64,000 bases of DNA from the NCBI RefSeq assembly GCF_006345805.1, contig NC_042997.1, positions 161,200,001 through 161,264,000 on the forward strand, given 5' to 3'. This document shows positions 12,495 through 25,779 of the stretch, piece after piece (within the stretch, counting starts at the first letter, position 1; each line of letters starts with the position of its first letter). The notes beneath the pieces are model-generated. The model ran no database searches. It was not told the origin of the DNA and saw only the letters and a program-made list of their open reading frames with translations. A program made the translations under genes and the position numbers. Source of the stretch: Octopus sinensis (taxonomy: Eukaryota).

Positions 12495-13111
12495 TCTTTC
12501 TGGCGTCACGATCATTATTATTAATCCAGAAAGAATATAACAGACGTTATGACAATATTGCAAGGATTGTCCATTGGACACTTCGCAACAAGTATGGACT
12601 TGACTGAGCAAAAAATTGGTATGAACGTAACACCGAAGGCGTCATCGAAAATGAAAATGCAAAAATTCTATAGGATTTTATGATTCAGTGCGACCATGAG
12701 ATTGAGAATAGGAAGCTAGACATAGTGTTAATTGAGAAAGAAAGCAAACGATGCTGGATCATAGATATAGCATACCCAGCAGACAACAAGGTATGCGATA
12801 AGGAAGAAAGAAAAGTCGACAGATATGAAAAGTTAGCTCGGAAGGTTAAGCAGTTGTGGTCGTTGAAAAAGTTGGTAGTAGTACCAATAATTGTCGGAGC
12901 CCTAGGAACAGTGAGTAAATATCTTGAGAGGTACATGGAACAAATAGGGTTGCAATAAGGATGGAGCACTTGCAGAAATCAGCACTACTTGGAACCGCTC
13001 GAATACTCCGGATGGTGTTCGAAAAATAAGGGATGTTACCTTACTTCAGTGGGAGTGAACAGCTGACACCGTAGTACATCTCCAGCGTTAGAAGCTGTGC
13101 AAAGAAAATAG
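12495..13111 (+). mobile_element. Dong/R4-like family B, 3' fragment (RLE domain + 3' UTR)
   Basis: YNRRYDNIARIVHW...RKLDIVLIEK..CWIIDIAYP..EERKVDRYEKL..VVPIIVGALG..LQKSALLGTARIL; ends in (AAT)n. Confidence 0.88.
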
Positions 13112-13135
13112 ATAATGATAATAATAATAATAATG

Positions 13136-13170
<35 letters not shown>

Positions 13171-13171
<1 letters not shown>

Positions 13172-13296
13172 TAGACATACAAGAAATAATAGACATACAA
13201 GAAATAATAGACATACAAGAAATAATAGACATACAAGAAATAATAGACATACAAGAAACAATAGACATACAAGAAATAATAGACATACAAGAAACA
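13171..13296 (+). repeat. 18-bp tandem repeat x7 (ATAGACATACAAGAAA[T/C]A)
   Basis: Seven consecutive units at the 5' junction of the family C copy. Confidence 0.95.
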
Positions 13297-14351
13297 AGCA
13301 CAGAAAAAGCTAGGCGCATGAAAACCCGTGCCAAAACTGCGGCCTTAGATATTCTGAATAATAAATGGCAAGAAAAACCTCTCTATGGCAAATACCCAAA
13401 GAGAGCGAATAATGCAGATATCGACAAAGCCCTGACCCATCAATGGCTAATGGCCTCTGGCTTAAAATCTGAAACAGAGGGGTTTATCATAGCAGCTCAA
13501 GATCAATGCCTACCAACAAGAAACTACCAGGCCAACATATTAAAGATCAGAAGCAGTCCAACGTGTCGTGTATGCAAGCAACAAAATGAAACCATTGACC
13601 ATGTGGTCTCCAAGTGCAGTCTTCTAGCGCCTACAGAGTATCTCAACAGGCACGATAGAGCTGCACAATATATTCACTGGGTAATCTGTAAAAACCTGGA
13701 TTTGCCCCATGAAAAAAACTGGTGGGAACACAAACCACCCCCAGTGCTTGAAAATGACCACATCTCACTCCTCTGGAACTTCACCATTCAAACTGACAGG
13801 AAGATAGATGCAAATAGGCCAGACATCATATTGAAAGACTTCAAACAAAGAACATGCCTCCTCATTGATATGACTGTCCCAATCGATATAAACGTATCTG
13901 TCAGGACCTACCAAAAACTGAGCAAATATAAGATCTTGAAATAGAAATCAGCAAAATGTGGAAGCTGAAGACTAAAACAATACCTGTTGTCATAGGTGCC
14001 CTGGGAATGATAGCAAAAGGGGCTGATAGCTACCTAACTCAGATACCAGGAAACCCAAAAATGGCAGAAGTTCAAAAGATAGTGCTCATGGGAACTGCTC
14101 ATATCCTACGCAAAATACTCTCTATGTAACCTCAAGGTTTAAAACAACCATAATTTTCGGTTTAAAAAAAAAAAAAAAAAAAAAAAAACTCTTTTTTTTT
14201 TTAGACATTCATTAGTACAACATCCCCACCCCCCAAATATATGGCACACTAGGCATAACAACAACATGAACTTCCAACCCTGTTGTCTCTTGAGGTCTCT
14301 GGGTGAGACTTGGAGCCAACTTGTACAAATATAAAGCAAAAGTCAAACATA

Positions 14352-14352
<1 letters not shown>
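13171..14352 (+). mobile_element. Dong/R4-like family C, 5'-truncated copy (CCHC knuckle + RLE + 3' UTR)
   Basis: ORF 13168-13944: WQEKPLYGKY, SETEGFIIAAQDQ, CRVCKQQNETIDHVVSKC, RHD, RPDIILKD..LLIDMTVP..QKLSKY. Frameshift near 13935; (AAT)n on both sides. Confidence 0.92.
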
Positions 14353-14407
<55 letters not shown>

Positions 14408-14461
14408 TTAATAATAATAATAATAATGAGGAGGACGAGGAGGAGGATAATAATAATAATG

Positions 14462-14512
<51 letters not shown>

Positions 14513-14524
14513 TAATATAATAAT

Positions 14525-14826
14525 GAAACTGATCACATTTCACTCATTTGGAACTTTACCGTTGAAATTGAGAGAAAGCTAGATGCAAATAAGCCAGACA
14601 TTATATTGAAGAATTTCAGACAAAAATCATGCCGCCTCATCGATAGGACTGTCCCAATCGACATAAATCTTCCAGTCAATAGTTACCAAAAAGTGATCTT
14701 GATATAGAAATTGGCAAAATGTGGGACTTCAAGACTAAAACAATGCCTGTTGTCATAAGTGCCCTAGGAATGATAGCAAAAGGGGCTGATTGCTACCTCG
14801 CTCAGATACCAGGAATTCCAAAAATG
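14525..14826 (+). mobile_element. Second Dong/R4-like family C fragment
   Basis: ANKPDIILKNF...EIGKMWDFKTKTMPVVISALGMIAKGAD, homologous to 13760-14065. Confidence 0.8.
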
Positions 14827-14829
14827 TAT

Positions 14830-15262
14830 CTATCCTCATGTCTTTCAACCTTGTCCACCAAACAAGCTATTTCGCCACAGCCATCAGGCAAAGAAAAACT
14901 GCCTAGCCTGCCCGGTTGAAGGAAGGCATTGGGGCAGTCATCACTACAGACTCAACACATGGACGGATCCGTCCAACACATGATAGCAGCTGTTCAACAT
15001 AACCCCATAAGTCAGCAATGTCCGGACACTGAAAGAGAGCGTGCAGAACGGTTTCTTCACTCTGCGCGCACCTCGGACAAGCCCGTCTGACAGGACATCT
15101 GTGCCTGTAGAGTTTATCTCGAACCGGTAGAGCCCCCACCCCCACCCCTAATAGCACTGCCAGGTCAAGGGCGTCTGGAAATTCCCCATGATAGTTCCCG
15201 GCCGGAACAGACTAGACAGTTTGTTTGCATCGGGGCCCAGAGTCTCTCCGAGAATAGCGATA
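14830..15262 (-). mobile_element. Tx1/L1-clade LINE fragment (C-terminal zinc-binding region)
   Basis: ILGETLG..LSSLFRP..GNFQTPLTWQCY and ALPVRDKLYRH..CPRCAQSEETVLHALFQCP. Confidence 0.8.
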
Positions 15263-15494
15263 ATAAATCTTTCTGCTTTAGGCGTAAGTTCAACATTATT
15301 ATTTTTTTTTAGGGCAGGTGGCTGATCTCATTACTGATAGATATTTTGATCTCTGTGCATGAAAAGTGATGATTTACGAGGGATTTGTATGTGTATGTAT
15401 GTATGCCTCTATGTATGCATGTATGTATGTGTGTGTATGTACGTATGTATGCATGTCTGTATGTATATATACATATATATATAATATACACACC

Positions 15495-15558
<64 letters not shown>

Positions 15559-15565
15559 TATATAA

Positions 15566-15596
<31 letters not shown>

Positions 15597-16299
15597 CACA
15601 CGCACACATGCGGTATGTATGTAAATGTGTTTGTATTTAAGTAAAGTTTTATGCTTACCAGACTATTGTTATAATGCCATTTTTAAAAATTTCTGTTAAT
15701 CTCATTTTATTGTATCATTTCTCCGACATTCTCAATATGGTTTTGTTTTTATGTGTTTTGCTTTCCACAGCTTTCCTCTGAAAACCAGTATAAGATTTTA
15801 CTGCTTACAAAACACCATTATTTTTCTGTCCATCCACTTTTCAATTACAATGAGGACAAACAAATATTACACAAAGTCACATAGAAACAAGGTGACACAT
15901 GAGCCAGAAAGAAAATGAAAAAATATTCTTCACAAGGCAGAAACCTTATGAGAATTTAAGACACCGTTGAAAAACAGGAACGGAAGTTTCTTTACAAATA
16001 ATCGTAAATATGTGATGTAGAATATTTTTTTTAATTGAGGATTAAGAGAAATAGACAGATTTAAAGAATTTTGAAGGGTTATTCAGATTTGGTTAAATGA
16101 GACACGCTCGCAAGACACTGATTTCTTGCAGTTGCTAAGTGATAAACAAGTGGAAAACAAGCAGATTCGTACAAAATCAAGCAAAATGAGATTTGTGTAT
16201 TAAAAAAACTGACAATGAGAAATGCAAATCAAAAACGAGTATGAACGATATTTTCAAATTGCACTTTATAATATAAATTTGACAAAATTGTTTGTTAGA

Positions 16300-16307
16300 A
16301 AGAAAAA

Positions 16308-16367
<60 letters not shown>

Positions 16368-16455
16368 AGGAAAGAAAGAAGGAAAGAAAGAAGGAAAGAA
16401 AGAAAGAAAGACAGAAAGAAAGAAAAAGAAAGAAAAAGAAACAAACAAACAAACA
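16300..16455. repeat. (GAAA)n/(CAAA)n microsatellite
   Basis: Tetranucleotide tandem array. Confidence 0.95.
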
Positions 16456-16619
16456 AACTGAGAAACTGCTTGCTTGCTGTCATGCCTAACAGCGTCCACT
16501 CATTTTCAACGCAACGCACATCACATATCCCACCATCTCTGTTAATCTTTCTTGGTGATTTTACATTACTATAATATAGTTAGAAATACCTTCCAAAGTT
16601 TGACCGCCTGAAGCACTTG

Positions 16620-17010
16620 TCCGTATGTATTTTCTATCCATAAAATGCTTAACCTTTGATCAATTGCTGAACCATTACAAAAGTTCCTATCAGCTACACG
16701 ATGGAGTAATTCTGACAGCTACGGTAACAGGCTGCTACATACAACCAGAAGACCATCAAAATGACTGGAAATCACACAGCGATCTCCAGTCCATATACGC
16801 GCTTTCATTTTCTAAGGTTATCGTATCGCTACTACAACACTTACCTCTTCACTGTACCCTATCTCCATCTAAACTCACTTGTTCCTTCTTTTGTTATCTC
16901 TGAGCCTAATGTTAACCTATATGTTCAATCTATCTTCCCCAAAATATCGACTCTCTAGAATTTACTCTTCACCGATATATTTCTTGTCGCTACAGAGAGA
17001 ACAAATTTGT
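16620..17010 (+). mobile_element. Highly decayed LINE 3' region
   Basis: Weak similarity of ..YTRFH..LFTVPYLHLNSLVPSFV..IFP / LPQNID to C-termini of CR1/L2-group ORF2. Confidence 0.35.
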
Positions 17011-18521
17011 GTTTCCTCAGTTAAGTTCTATTCGTCTCTTCAATCTTAGAAAGACTACCGTCATGGCGGTGGCTTTCTCTGGTGAGAATACTATTTAAAA
17101 ATAACCTGCTTTGGTACAATGCAATAAGTTGGATGGTGACTGTGTCCACATGTATCAATAAAAACTATAGAAGGATAATTACATCTAAGAGCCCAAATTT
17201 AGAGACCATAAGTTTTACAGTTATAATATCCAGTCAGTTAATAACTATGAATATTATAATGTATTGTCAGTATTATAATATATCGTAAACATCCTTATTT
17301 TCATCTTAAGATATTAATTATAATCCTTTTATTATTTGTTTGTAACGTTTTTAACGATATATTGATATTACAGTTGACAAAAAATTTCTTCTCTAAACCA
17401 TTCTGTAAATCGTAAAAGAATCCTGCTTTAGTGAGAGTTTAAAATAGAACCAAAATGTCACAGAAATTTCCGGTTTGAATCTTACAAAATGTATCAATTG
17501 TAGAGCACATTAGCACATTTTTTCCGCAGGCAGTAATTTTGCATAAACTTTGATTCGAGAATTGCTTAATTTTCACTGGCTGGATTTTCACAGGCCTGCA
17601 ATTTATTAAAAAAACGTTTATGTAACCATTAATGACAAAGAAATATTAATATTTATGTTAAAAGTTTTCAAAATAGTGGCTGAAGCCAAATTGTGGTCAA
17701 CTAATTTAAATCCCCCTCTGTTTTTGATGTATTTTAACAAAAGTTGAGCGCAGATCGAGCAGATCATGATTAAAGATATTTCTGTTGTAGCTATCCTGTC
17801 GTTTTCGTACAGGAAACATAGGAACATATGTATTTTGTTCGTTTCCAAGACGATAAGGGTGTAATTTGAGAGGATTTAGCACTTATTTCTAGTACGTCGG
17901 AAGAGCATATAGGACCTTGTTAGCAAGGATTTGTTTAGTGTTCACGATGGGTCTATTGGTTAATACATAAAACAAATGGTAATAAATTAACTTCATAAGA
18001 GAAAAAAAAACCGGTTGTATGCTCAGTCTGGATAAAATTAGGCTAAATTAAATCCTATTTGAACGAGGTAATTAGTTGTTATTTATAATAATTAATGAAG
18101 TTTATACAAGTTATCGATTAAATTATTCTCTTTAAAGATTATATTCTGAATCATTTTATGAAAGCCGGATTAGCTATTCCAAGTGTCCCTCACGACTTAA
18201 GTCAACACGCACGAAAGAAATTCTACCCCTCATTATATTTTCTATCATATTTGTGTGGAAATTTGATACTCCAGTAATAGTGAATTAGGAATAGTGGCAT
18301 TCGTACCTTTTATATCCTATGTTTAATCGAGTGAAACAAGAAGGAATATCGGCTGTGTAGTTAAGAATCCTGCTTTGCAGCCTTAAAGTTTTGGAGCGGG
18401 TCCATGCATGACGTCGTCTTCTACCACTGCCTTTTGTTGACCGGTAGCTTCCCACTGAATTTACTGGAGGTAAACAGTGCGGGGCACGTCTTATACATAT
18501 TTGCGTATGCGTGCGTGTATA

Positions 18522-18568
<47 letters not shown>

Positions 18569-18739
18569 TGTGTGTGTATTTGTGCGTGCGAGGGTGTGTG
18601 TGTTGTCTATATGAAAGAAGAAAGTTCTGGTAAAAATAAAACATTTTCTTGGAGCTTACCAATTATCAATTAAACGTTATAGACAATGTGGTGAAACAAA
18701 GCGATATCCCTGTCCTATTCTATTTGACTATACTTTGCT

Positions 18740-19300
18740 GCAGTTCTTATGCTTTTCAAGATTTCGATTTTGATTTCTAAATGTTTAAAAGAATGAGCAA
18801 GATATATGATAAGAAGAGACTCAACTGTACCTCTAAAAACATTCAAAACATGGATTTGAGAATTAATGCAGAAGCTACTGATTTTGTTATTGAAACGGAA
18901 CACTGCACGAAGCTTATAATAAACTGATTCTCATCTGCATTTGTTGCATTTCGCCAGATAATATCCTTGAAGAAAACAAAAGTAATGTTCACAGAAGTTA
19001 CGGGCATACTTTTATATATTGGGAGCACCTTTGAAAGAAATGGATCTGTAGACGATGAAATCCTCTCAAGAATTCATATGTATGTACGGTTTTGACAAGA
19101 AAGTGTGGCGAAATTGCCGTGCCACAATTCAAACTGATTAGAGCGTCTATAAGTATGTCCTCTGATTGTCCGAGATACTCAACACTTCCATGTTTCTCAG
19201 AGATTTCGCCGAAATATCTGAAGTGTATATCTAATATATCAGACACCGAGGTTTTCTCAACAACTATCTGTACCAAAATCAAATCAAAGATATTCGCTAA
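18740..19300 (+). mobile_element. Decayed RTE-clade RT fragment
   Basis: FSSAFVAFRQIISLKKTKVMF, YIGSTFERNGSVDDEILSRI and KKVWRN match RTE RT subdomains; stops and frameshifts present. Confidence 0.7.
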
Positions 19301-19639
19301 TTTTCTGTTCAGTTTCGTTTTTTATCACTCCAGAGTTATAAAATAAATACTAATAGTTTAATTGGGACAAATAATTATAAATATGTCCTGCAGCAATGTT
19401 ACACGTATGTAATGAACAATCATTTGACCGAGAGGTTAAGGTATTTGTTTCACAATAAAGTGGTTTCGAATTTGATACCAAAGCACGACTCATGAGGCAA
19501 GTGTCTATTTTGTCAGCCATGGGTTGACCAATACATTGTGAGTGGAATTTAACTGAGGGAAACTGTGCGAAAGTCCATCTTTACCCGGTTTAGTCAAAAG
19601 TGTTTTCGTATTTCAATCTTTGATTAATACCTCAAGGAA

Positions 19640-20640
19640 AATACATACAAAAAGTCGTTATACATCGAAATATATCCCATCATATTCTATTGTCAATTCC
19701 CATCATTGTGTCAGAAGCTCGATTTCACGCTTATACCAATTGACTGGTTTAGAGGCAAAAAGTTCTGCGCATCCGTTTTCAAACTCTCCCACATTGTTGA
19801 ATCACTGCCCACGCAGGGAATGAGCCACAATGTGGAACGAGTGATAATTTTTGGTGGTGCAAGGTCTGGATTGTAGGCATAGTGAGCCAGCACTTCCAGC
19901 CCTTCAAGTTCCACAAGTTTGTGGTCGGTCACATTTGCAGTACGTACTGAGATATTGTTATCTTTCAGTGCGCATCTTTGATTGACCAATGCCGGTCAGC
20001 GGGCTTTCAAAGCACCATACAATTGTTGAGCATAAAGGTTAGCATAATCATCTGGTCAAAGCATGATCAAAGTGCAACACCCGCTCGAAATTCCACCAGA
20101 TATACATGACCTTTTGCTCAAACCGCCTTTGTTTGACAACAGGTCCTGAAGCCTGACTGAAATGAAGCCACTGATTTCTCATCTTAGGGTTGCGAAAATA
20201 GATCCATTTTTCATCTCCAACTATATTTTGAAGCCCAAAATTTGCACCATGAGGATTTTCCATCAGTTGTTACCAAATTTTTGCATGTCATTGAGCCTGG
20301 TCATTGATCAGTTCATGAGAAGCTTTTCGATAGCGTCCTTTTACAAGGCTGAGATTATGGAGGTATCAGTCGAAGGCACAATGTGTAGGACCAAGTTTCG
20401 CTGACAATGTACAAGTGCCTATGTTTGGCTGTTGTTCAGACATTTCAAGCAAGGCTTCACCTTCCACAGGAGAGGGTATCTTTGACCTTGGTCTGTCTTT
20501 TAGTCGGGTGTCGCCTTCATTGAAACGTCTCAGTCACTTGTGTTCCACTTATTTGTTGTTAATTCTTAGCCTTCCTCATCATTAATATCTTTTACCGATG
20601 CCCTTGCACGCTAACCTTTACTCCGTGTGTGTGTTTGTTA
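19640..20640 (-). mobile_element. Decayed mariner transposase (Mos1-like motifs)
   Basis: GDEKWIYFRNPKMRNQW...RFEQKVMYIWWNFE and EVLAHYAYNPDLAP; TIRs not resolved. Confidence 0.8.
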
Positions 20641-20799
20641 CATGAGGCAAGTATCCATGAACAAAATTCTACCCTCGCATCATTATTCACCCACATTTAC
20701 AACATATAAAATGCTTAAACAGGCCTTGTGTCTGTATCCTAAGTGACAGTTTCTATTTAGGAAGACTTCGTTGTGTTGCCAAACGTCGTTTTAATATAT

Positions 20800-21050
20800 A
20801 AACAAGGGTATTTCCACTCACGTTGCCCAAAGTGAATTTTGCAAGAGATGATCCGCGTAGGTCTGTAAGGCATCATCATCACTGGAAGATCTTGGCCAAG
20901 TGTAAATCTTACATCAACGGCAGTGGAAAGTACGGCCATTGCGATATGGAAAGATGGCTCATCTGGAAAAGTTCTTTAGACCCAGCTACATGTCTAAATT
21001 CAAGAACTGATCTTTCATGTCCACATGTGACAAAATACTTGTTACGTTTT
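20800..21050 (+). mobile_element. Penelope-like element, GIY-YIG C-terminal fragment
   Basis: WKILAKCKSYINGSGKYGHCDMERWLIWKSSLDPATCLNSRTDLSCPHVTKYLL matches the PLE pattern WKIL..A..Y....K.C.LC..EK..I....LN.R.EL...C.H..K.LL. Confidence 0.7.
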
Positions 21051-21599
21051 TGGGCCACCCAAGATCACAGATAGGACCTGCTTTTTATATTGTGTCCAAG
21101 TACAGGCCTTTCATGTGGCTTATCATTTCTTATATATTTTATATTTTTATATGTATTTGTATGTATAAGCATATATCAGATGTGTATGTGCGCATGTGTA
21201 TATGTGTACGAATGTATGAATATATACGAGTGTAAGACTATGCACATACTCTTGTATAGGTGTAGGTGTGTTGATAGATAGGAGGGTGTACTTGTGTATA
21301 TATATGCACTTCTATACATACATAATTCATATGTATATTCATGTTTGCGGCGAATGTGAATATGTATACGTTTTATGTTTTGCGCATGTTTTCATTTGTA
21401 TAAATGTCCATATATCTACGCGCGGATGATGTTGATTATGTATTTATACATATGGTTTGTGTATATTTGTAAACCTACGAGTATGTATGTGTGTGTACAT
21501 ATGTATATTCATACATGCCGCGTGTGTGAATATATGCCTGCTACGAACTTTAATACATGTATATTGTTTACGGTTTTATATGAGTACTTTTATTTAGAT

Positions 21600-21840
21600 A
21601 AGTTCTAAGATAAATATAAATTTTTTCTATGCAAACATGAAGTTATATATACATATATAAGTATGTGTATATGTATTTTCATATTCATATGTATATATAT
21701 TTTTTATGCATGTATATGCTTATGCATATCTGTGTATGCGTATAGATATGTGTATATGAGCATAACACTGCATGCATGGACACATATACGTGTGCATGCG
21801 CATATATGCGTGTATACGTGTGTATGTGTATGCACGTAAA

Positions 21841-21895
<55 letters not shown>

Positions 21896-21918
21896 ATATG
21901 TATGTGTATGTGAGTCTG

Positions 21919-21952
<34 letters not shown>

Positions 21953-22010
21953 TGTGTGTGTGTATGTGTGTACGTGTATGTATATATACATGTGTACGTA
22001 TGTAGATTTT
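21600..22010. repeat. Compound (TA)/(TG)/(CA) microsatellite
   Basis: Low-complexity dinucleotide tract. Confidence 0.9.
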
Positions 22011-22129
22011 ATGAACGAAGATTTTTATCTTTACGTGGTTGTATTTTTATAATGTCTTATATCTTTTACTTATATTTTATTTTTCCACTCCTATTAGAGT
22101 AACTTCTCTTTATTCAACGTTTTTGTCTT

Positions 22130-22530
22130 AATAACTGATGAGGAAGTCTATTATCCCCGGCATCTGAAGCTCTGAGTATTATTATGAAAACTAACTGATT
22201 GTCCTATATTATTTATATAGAGTAGTGATACAGCAAAGCTCCAATGTTTACTGGAAATAGCAGTCGATACATTTACGACGCTATAGTAAAGCTTCAATGT
22301 GTGTATACCGATGAAGACTTGAGGACAGCAAGCATAAAAAATGTTGTCTTATCTCTAGGAAGAACATTATGTAAATGGACAACTCAGAATCGGATAATCC
22401 AGAACCTAGATTTCGGGCTCTTCAAATACGTTTGTCATCATAAATTGATTAGTCTTCATCAGGTGGATTTACCTGGACAATATTTCAAATATTTACTGCG
22501 CATTTTGAAAGCGAGGCTGCATTTATGTGT
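22130..22530. mobile_element. Penelope-like remnant
   Basis: Shares ACTGCG.ATTTTGAAAGCGAGG.TGCATTTAT with 29190-29220 (minus strand INA.SLSK); contains degenerate CTGATGA motifs. Confidence 0.4.
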
Positions 22531-22537
22531 TATATAT

Positions 22538-22618
<81 letters not shown>

Positions 22619-22653
22619 TACATATACATATATATATATACATATATATACAT

Positions 22654-22691
<38 letters not shown>

Positions 22692-22692
22692 G
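22525..22692. repeat. (TA)n microsatellite at the LINE 3' insertion site
   Basis: Long TA-rich array directly abutting the LINE tail. Confidence 0.9.
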
Positions 22693-22784
22693 TACTTTGA
22701 TACTTTGATACTTTGATAGGTTTCGGCCATTGTTGGCCCAGGCCATGTCTAACTTAATAGCACCACCTGGTGAAGTCTTTCAAG

Positions 22785-25779
22785 TCAGAATTTGGGCACT
22801 ATGGCCCACTCAAGTAGAGAGTTATTGTTTACAGAGACATATCCGGGTGTAGGGGGTTTATCCGGGATTTCTTGAAGGAATCTGTCCAAAGACTCCTTGA
22901 ACCCTATAGGGTCAGTTTCTGTTTTAATGTGTTTTGGTGTAATGTTAAAGAGAGCGGGGCCAATTGAGGTGAAATAATTGTGCCGTATTGTTGTTATGAG
23001 ATGAGAGTGCGATTTTTGTTTTGGGCGGATGGCACGGGGCCCAAGCCTTGGATGTACCTTAAAGGTGATGCCAACATCATTTGGGCAATGCTGATGGAAT
23101 ATTTTCCACATCATGCAGATGATGTAGCGCTCACGACAACGTTGGAGAGAATAGAGTTTTAGCTTTTCTAGTCGACCCCAATAGTCGAGGCCATCTATCT
23201 TTTTTGTGATTGCCCTTTGAGGTGCTTCAACTTTTATGATACCTTGTATTGTGTGGGGAGACCACAGTGGACAACAGTATTCAAGGTGGGGTCGGGCAAA
23301 AGTGGAGAAGAGAAGGATAATGGTGTGGATATCTCTCGACTGGAAAGTTCTGAGAATCCAGGAACACATTCTGCGGGCCATGTCAACTTTGGTGTTTATA
23401 TAAGTGGCCCAGCTTATGTTGTTGTCCACAATTACTCCCAAGTCTCTGATGTTGTTGGACGCCGCGAGAGTTTCACCTGAAGGAAGGGAGTATGGGAGTT
23501 TCAGGGCATCCTCTTTTCCAAAGTGGATTAGCTCAAATTTATCCTCGTTCAGCAGCATATTGTTTTTTTCTGCCCATTGGATAACAGCCAGTAGATCTGA
23601 CTGAAGGCATGTCCGGTCACTCGCCTCATTTATGACCTTCTGTAGCTTGGAGTCATCTGCAAAGATTTTTATGTTGCTGTGCTTGATGATGTCATTAATG
23701 TCATTAATGTAACTGATGAAAAGAAGTGGGCCCAGCACAGTGCCTTGCGGAACGCCACTACTGACTTTGGCTGGGCTTGATTTTACCCCTTCAACTACAA
23801 CATGTTGAGATCTGTCTGTCAGGAAACACTTGATCCATTTCAGTAACTTTCCAGAGACACCAATGTTGGATAGTTTTTTCAATAGGATCTTGTGATCGAC
23901 CCTGTCGAAGGCCTTACTGAAATCAAGGTAGATGACATCGGTGTTGGAGCCCTCTCCCAAAGCTCTCAAAATGTCCTCAAAGTGATGCAGGAGCTGCGTT
24001 AGGCAGTCCCTTCCATTACGGAGCCCATGTTGGTTGGAGATCAGCCGTCTGTTGCTTTCCAGAAATTGGGTTATTCGAGATCTCACCACCCTCTCAAATA
24101 CCTTGATGATATGAGAGGTGAGTGAGATCGGACGGTAATTCACTGCAAGGGACTTGTTTCCCTTTTTGAAAACTGGGACAACAGACTGGGACAGAAGGTT
24201 TTTTTGGAATATAGCCAGCATCCAGTGAGTTTCTCCACAGATTAGCAAGGGGAGATGCAAGTTGGTGTCGACACACCTTCAGGACACAAGCAGGGAACCT
24301 ATCGGGGCCTACTGCTGAATTGTGTTTTATTTCGTTTATCGCCGCTAAGACATCAGGGGCACTAAACGTTATGTCCGATATAGTGTGTTGGGGGTTGACA
24401 TCACTGATAAAGCCCAGATCGGCCATATCAGGATTGCTGAAAACAGAGCAGTATTGTTTCTGCAGTATCTCGGCCATGGATTTGGCATTATCTTGGAGAG
24501 TGCCAGTTTCGTCAATTAGAGGGCCTACAGTGGAGACAGTGACCCTGCGTTTCCTCGCAAATGAAAAGAACACTTTGGGGTTGAGTTTGATTTTTTCAAT
24601 GGCCCACTTCTCCTCAGCTGATCTTTGGTTATTGATGAGGGTCTTCATGCATTGTTGGAGGTTATATTTTTTGGATTCAAGCAGTGCGATAGCCGTCGAA
24701 TGTGTGTGTTGCTGTTGGCAGTACTTTAGTTTGTTAATTTTTTTGTTTGTTCTTTTTATTTTTCTGATAATGGTTTTTCTGTTTTGGGGGATTCTGCACT
24801 TTTTGTTCACAGGTCTTGGTGGGGAGTGTTTTGCACATATGTCTGTGACGGTGTCTACAAAGATCTGCCAAGATGTTTTATGGTTGGTGGAGATGTGTGT
24901 ATGTGTAAAGGACCAGTCAACATGTGATAGCTCGTTCCTGATTGCATCCCAGTTGGCATTATGGAGATCCATGTTGTCAAATGGGTGGGCTGGAGGAAGG
25001 TCACTAGGATTAGCTTTCGGCTGGTGGAATTTCATGTTACAGAGAACCATGTCATGGTCTGAAAGAAGGGTTTTTTCCACTGTAACGTTATGTATAGTGT
25101 TAGTGTGGTTACTAAACACTAGGTCCAAAATGTTCTGATGTCTTGTTGGTGCAAGGACAAGTTGGGACAAGAAAAAATCATTCGTAAAGTCGAAAAGTGA
25201 CTCTGCTGCTTCTTTGTCAGCGGTTGAGGCGGGAGTGCTTGGTTTCAAACAGTTTGTAGTCCAGTCAACACAGGGTATATTGAAGTCTCCCATCATGAGT
25301 ATGTTGCTAGAATGGCACTGTTGAATAAAGCACTTAATGCTGTTGAGGCATTCTTTAAAGCACAGTATGGGTGTTTGGGGCGGCCTATAGAGCCCAATTA
25401 CTGTCAGGTCATTGGCTTTGTTGTGCACGGTGACTGATTCACAGTAGCCGTTGGAGAATATACTATTTCCATCTGCCGTAAATGAATCATGCAGGAAAAT
25501 GGTAGTTCCACCCTTCCTCCTGCCGATACGATCCGCGCGGATGGTTGTGAAATTCTTCACTCTCACTTCGGCTTCCAAGTGGGAGTTGTCAAGGTGGGTC
25601 TCAGTGAGAATGAAGAAAGGGATGTGGTGTGAATGGTTACCAACCCAGTCTTCAATGAATTGGACCTTCCATTTTTGTGCATTGATGGAAGGGCTGACAC
25701 CTTGTGCATTGAGTAGGAATGTGGAGGTTAGTGTAGTGGCTGGTTTTGACTGTTGCAGGGGGCTTGGATTTTTTGTGTG
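22785..25779 (-). CDS. LINE ORF2p (AP endonuclease + reverse transcriptase), about 997 aa, one +1 frameshift
   Basis: APE motifs LLNAQG, TETHL, GLYRPP, MGDFN, SDH; RT motifs NYRPISLTS, YLDFSKAFD, GVPQGTVLGPLLF, FADD; C-terminus PDKPPTPGY..NSLLEW. The only break is the T7 run at 24199-24205. Confidence 0.92.

Noticed and set aside
15771-15930. Strong plus-strand acceptor TTTTGCTTTCCACAG
   Set aside because: Frames close within 50 codons, there is no good donor, and the peptide is not recognisable.
24199-24205. A AAA AAA C as a programmed -1 frameshift site
   Set aside because: Restoring ORF2 needs a +1 shift, so a homopolymer indel is the simpler explanation.
24320-25138. 272-aa plus-strand ORF and other ORFs antisense to the LINE
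   Set aside because: Antisense shadows of an intact coding strand with no recognisable motifs.
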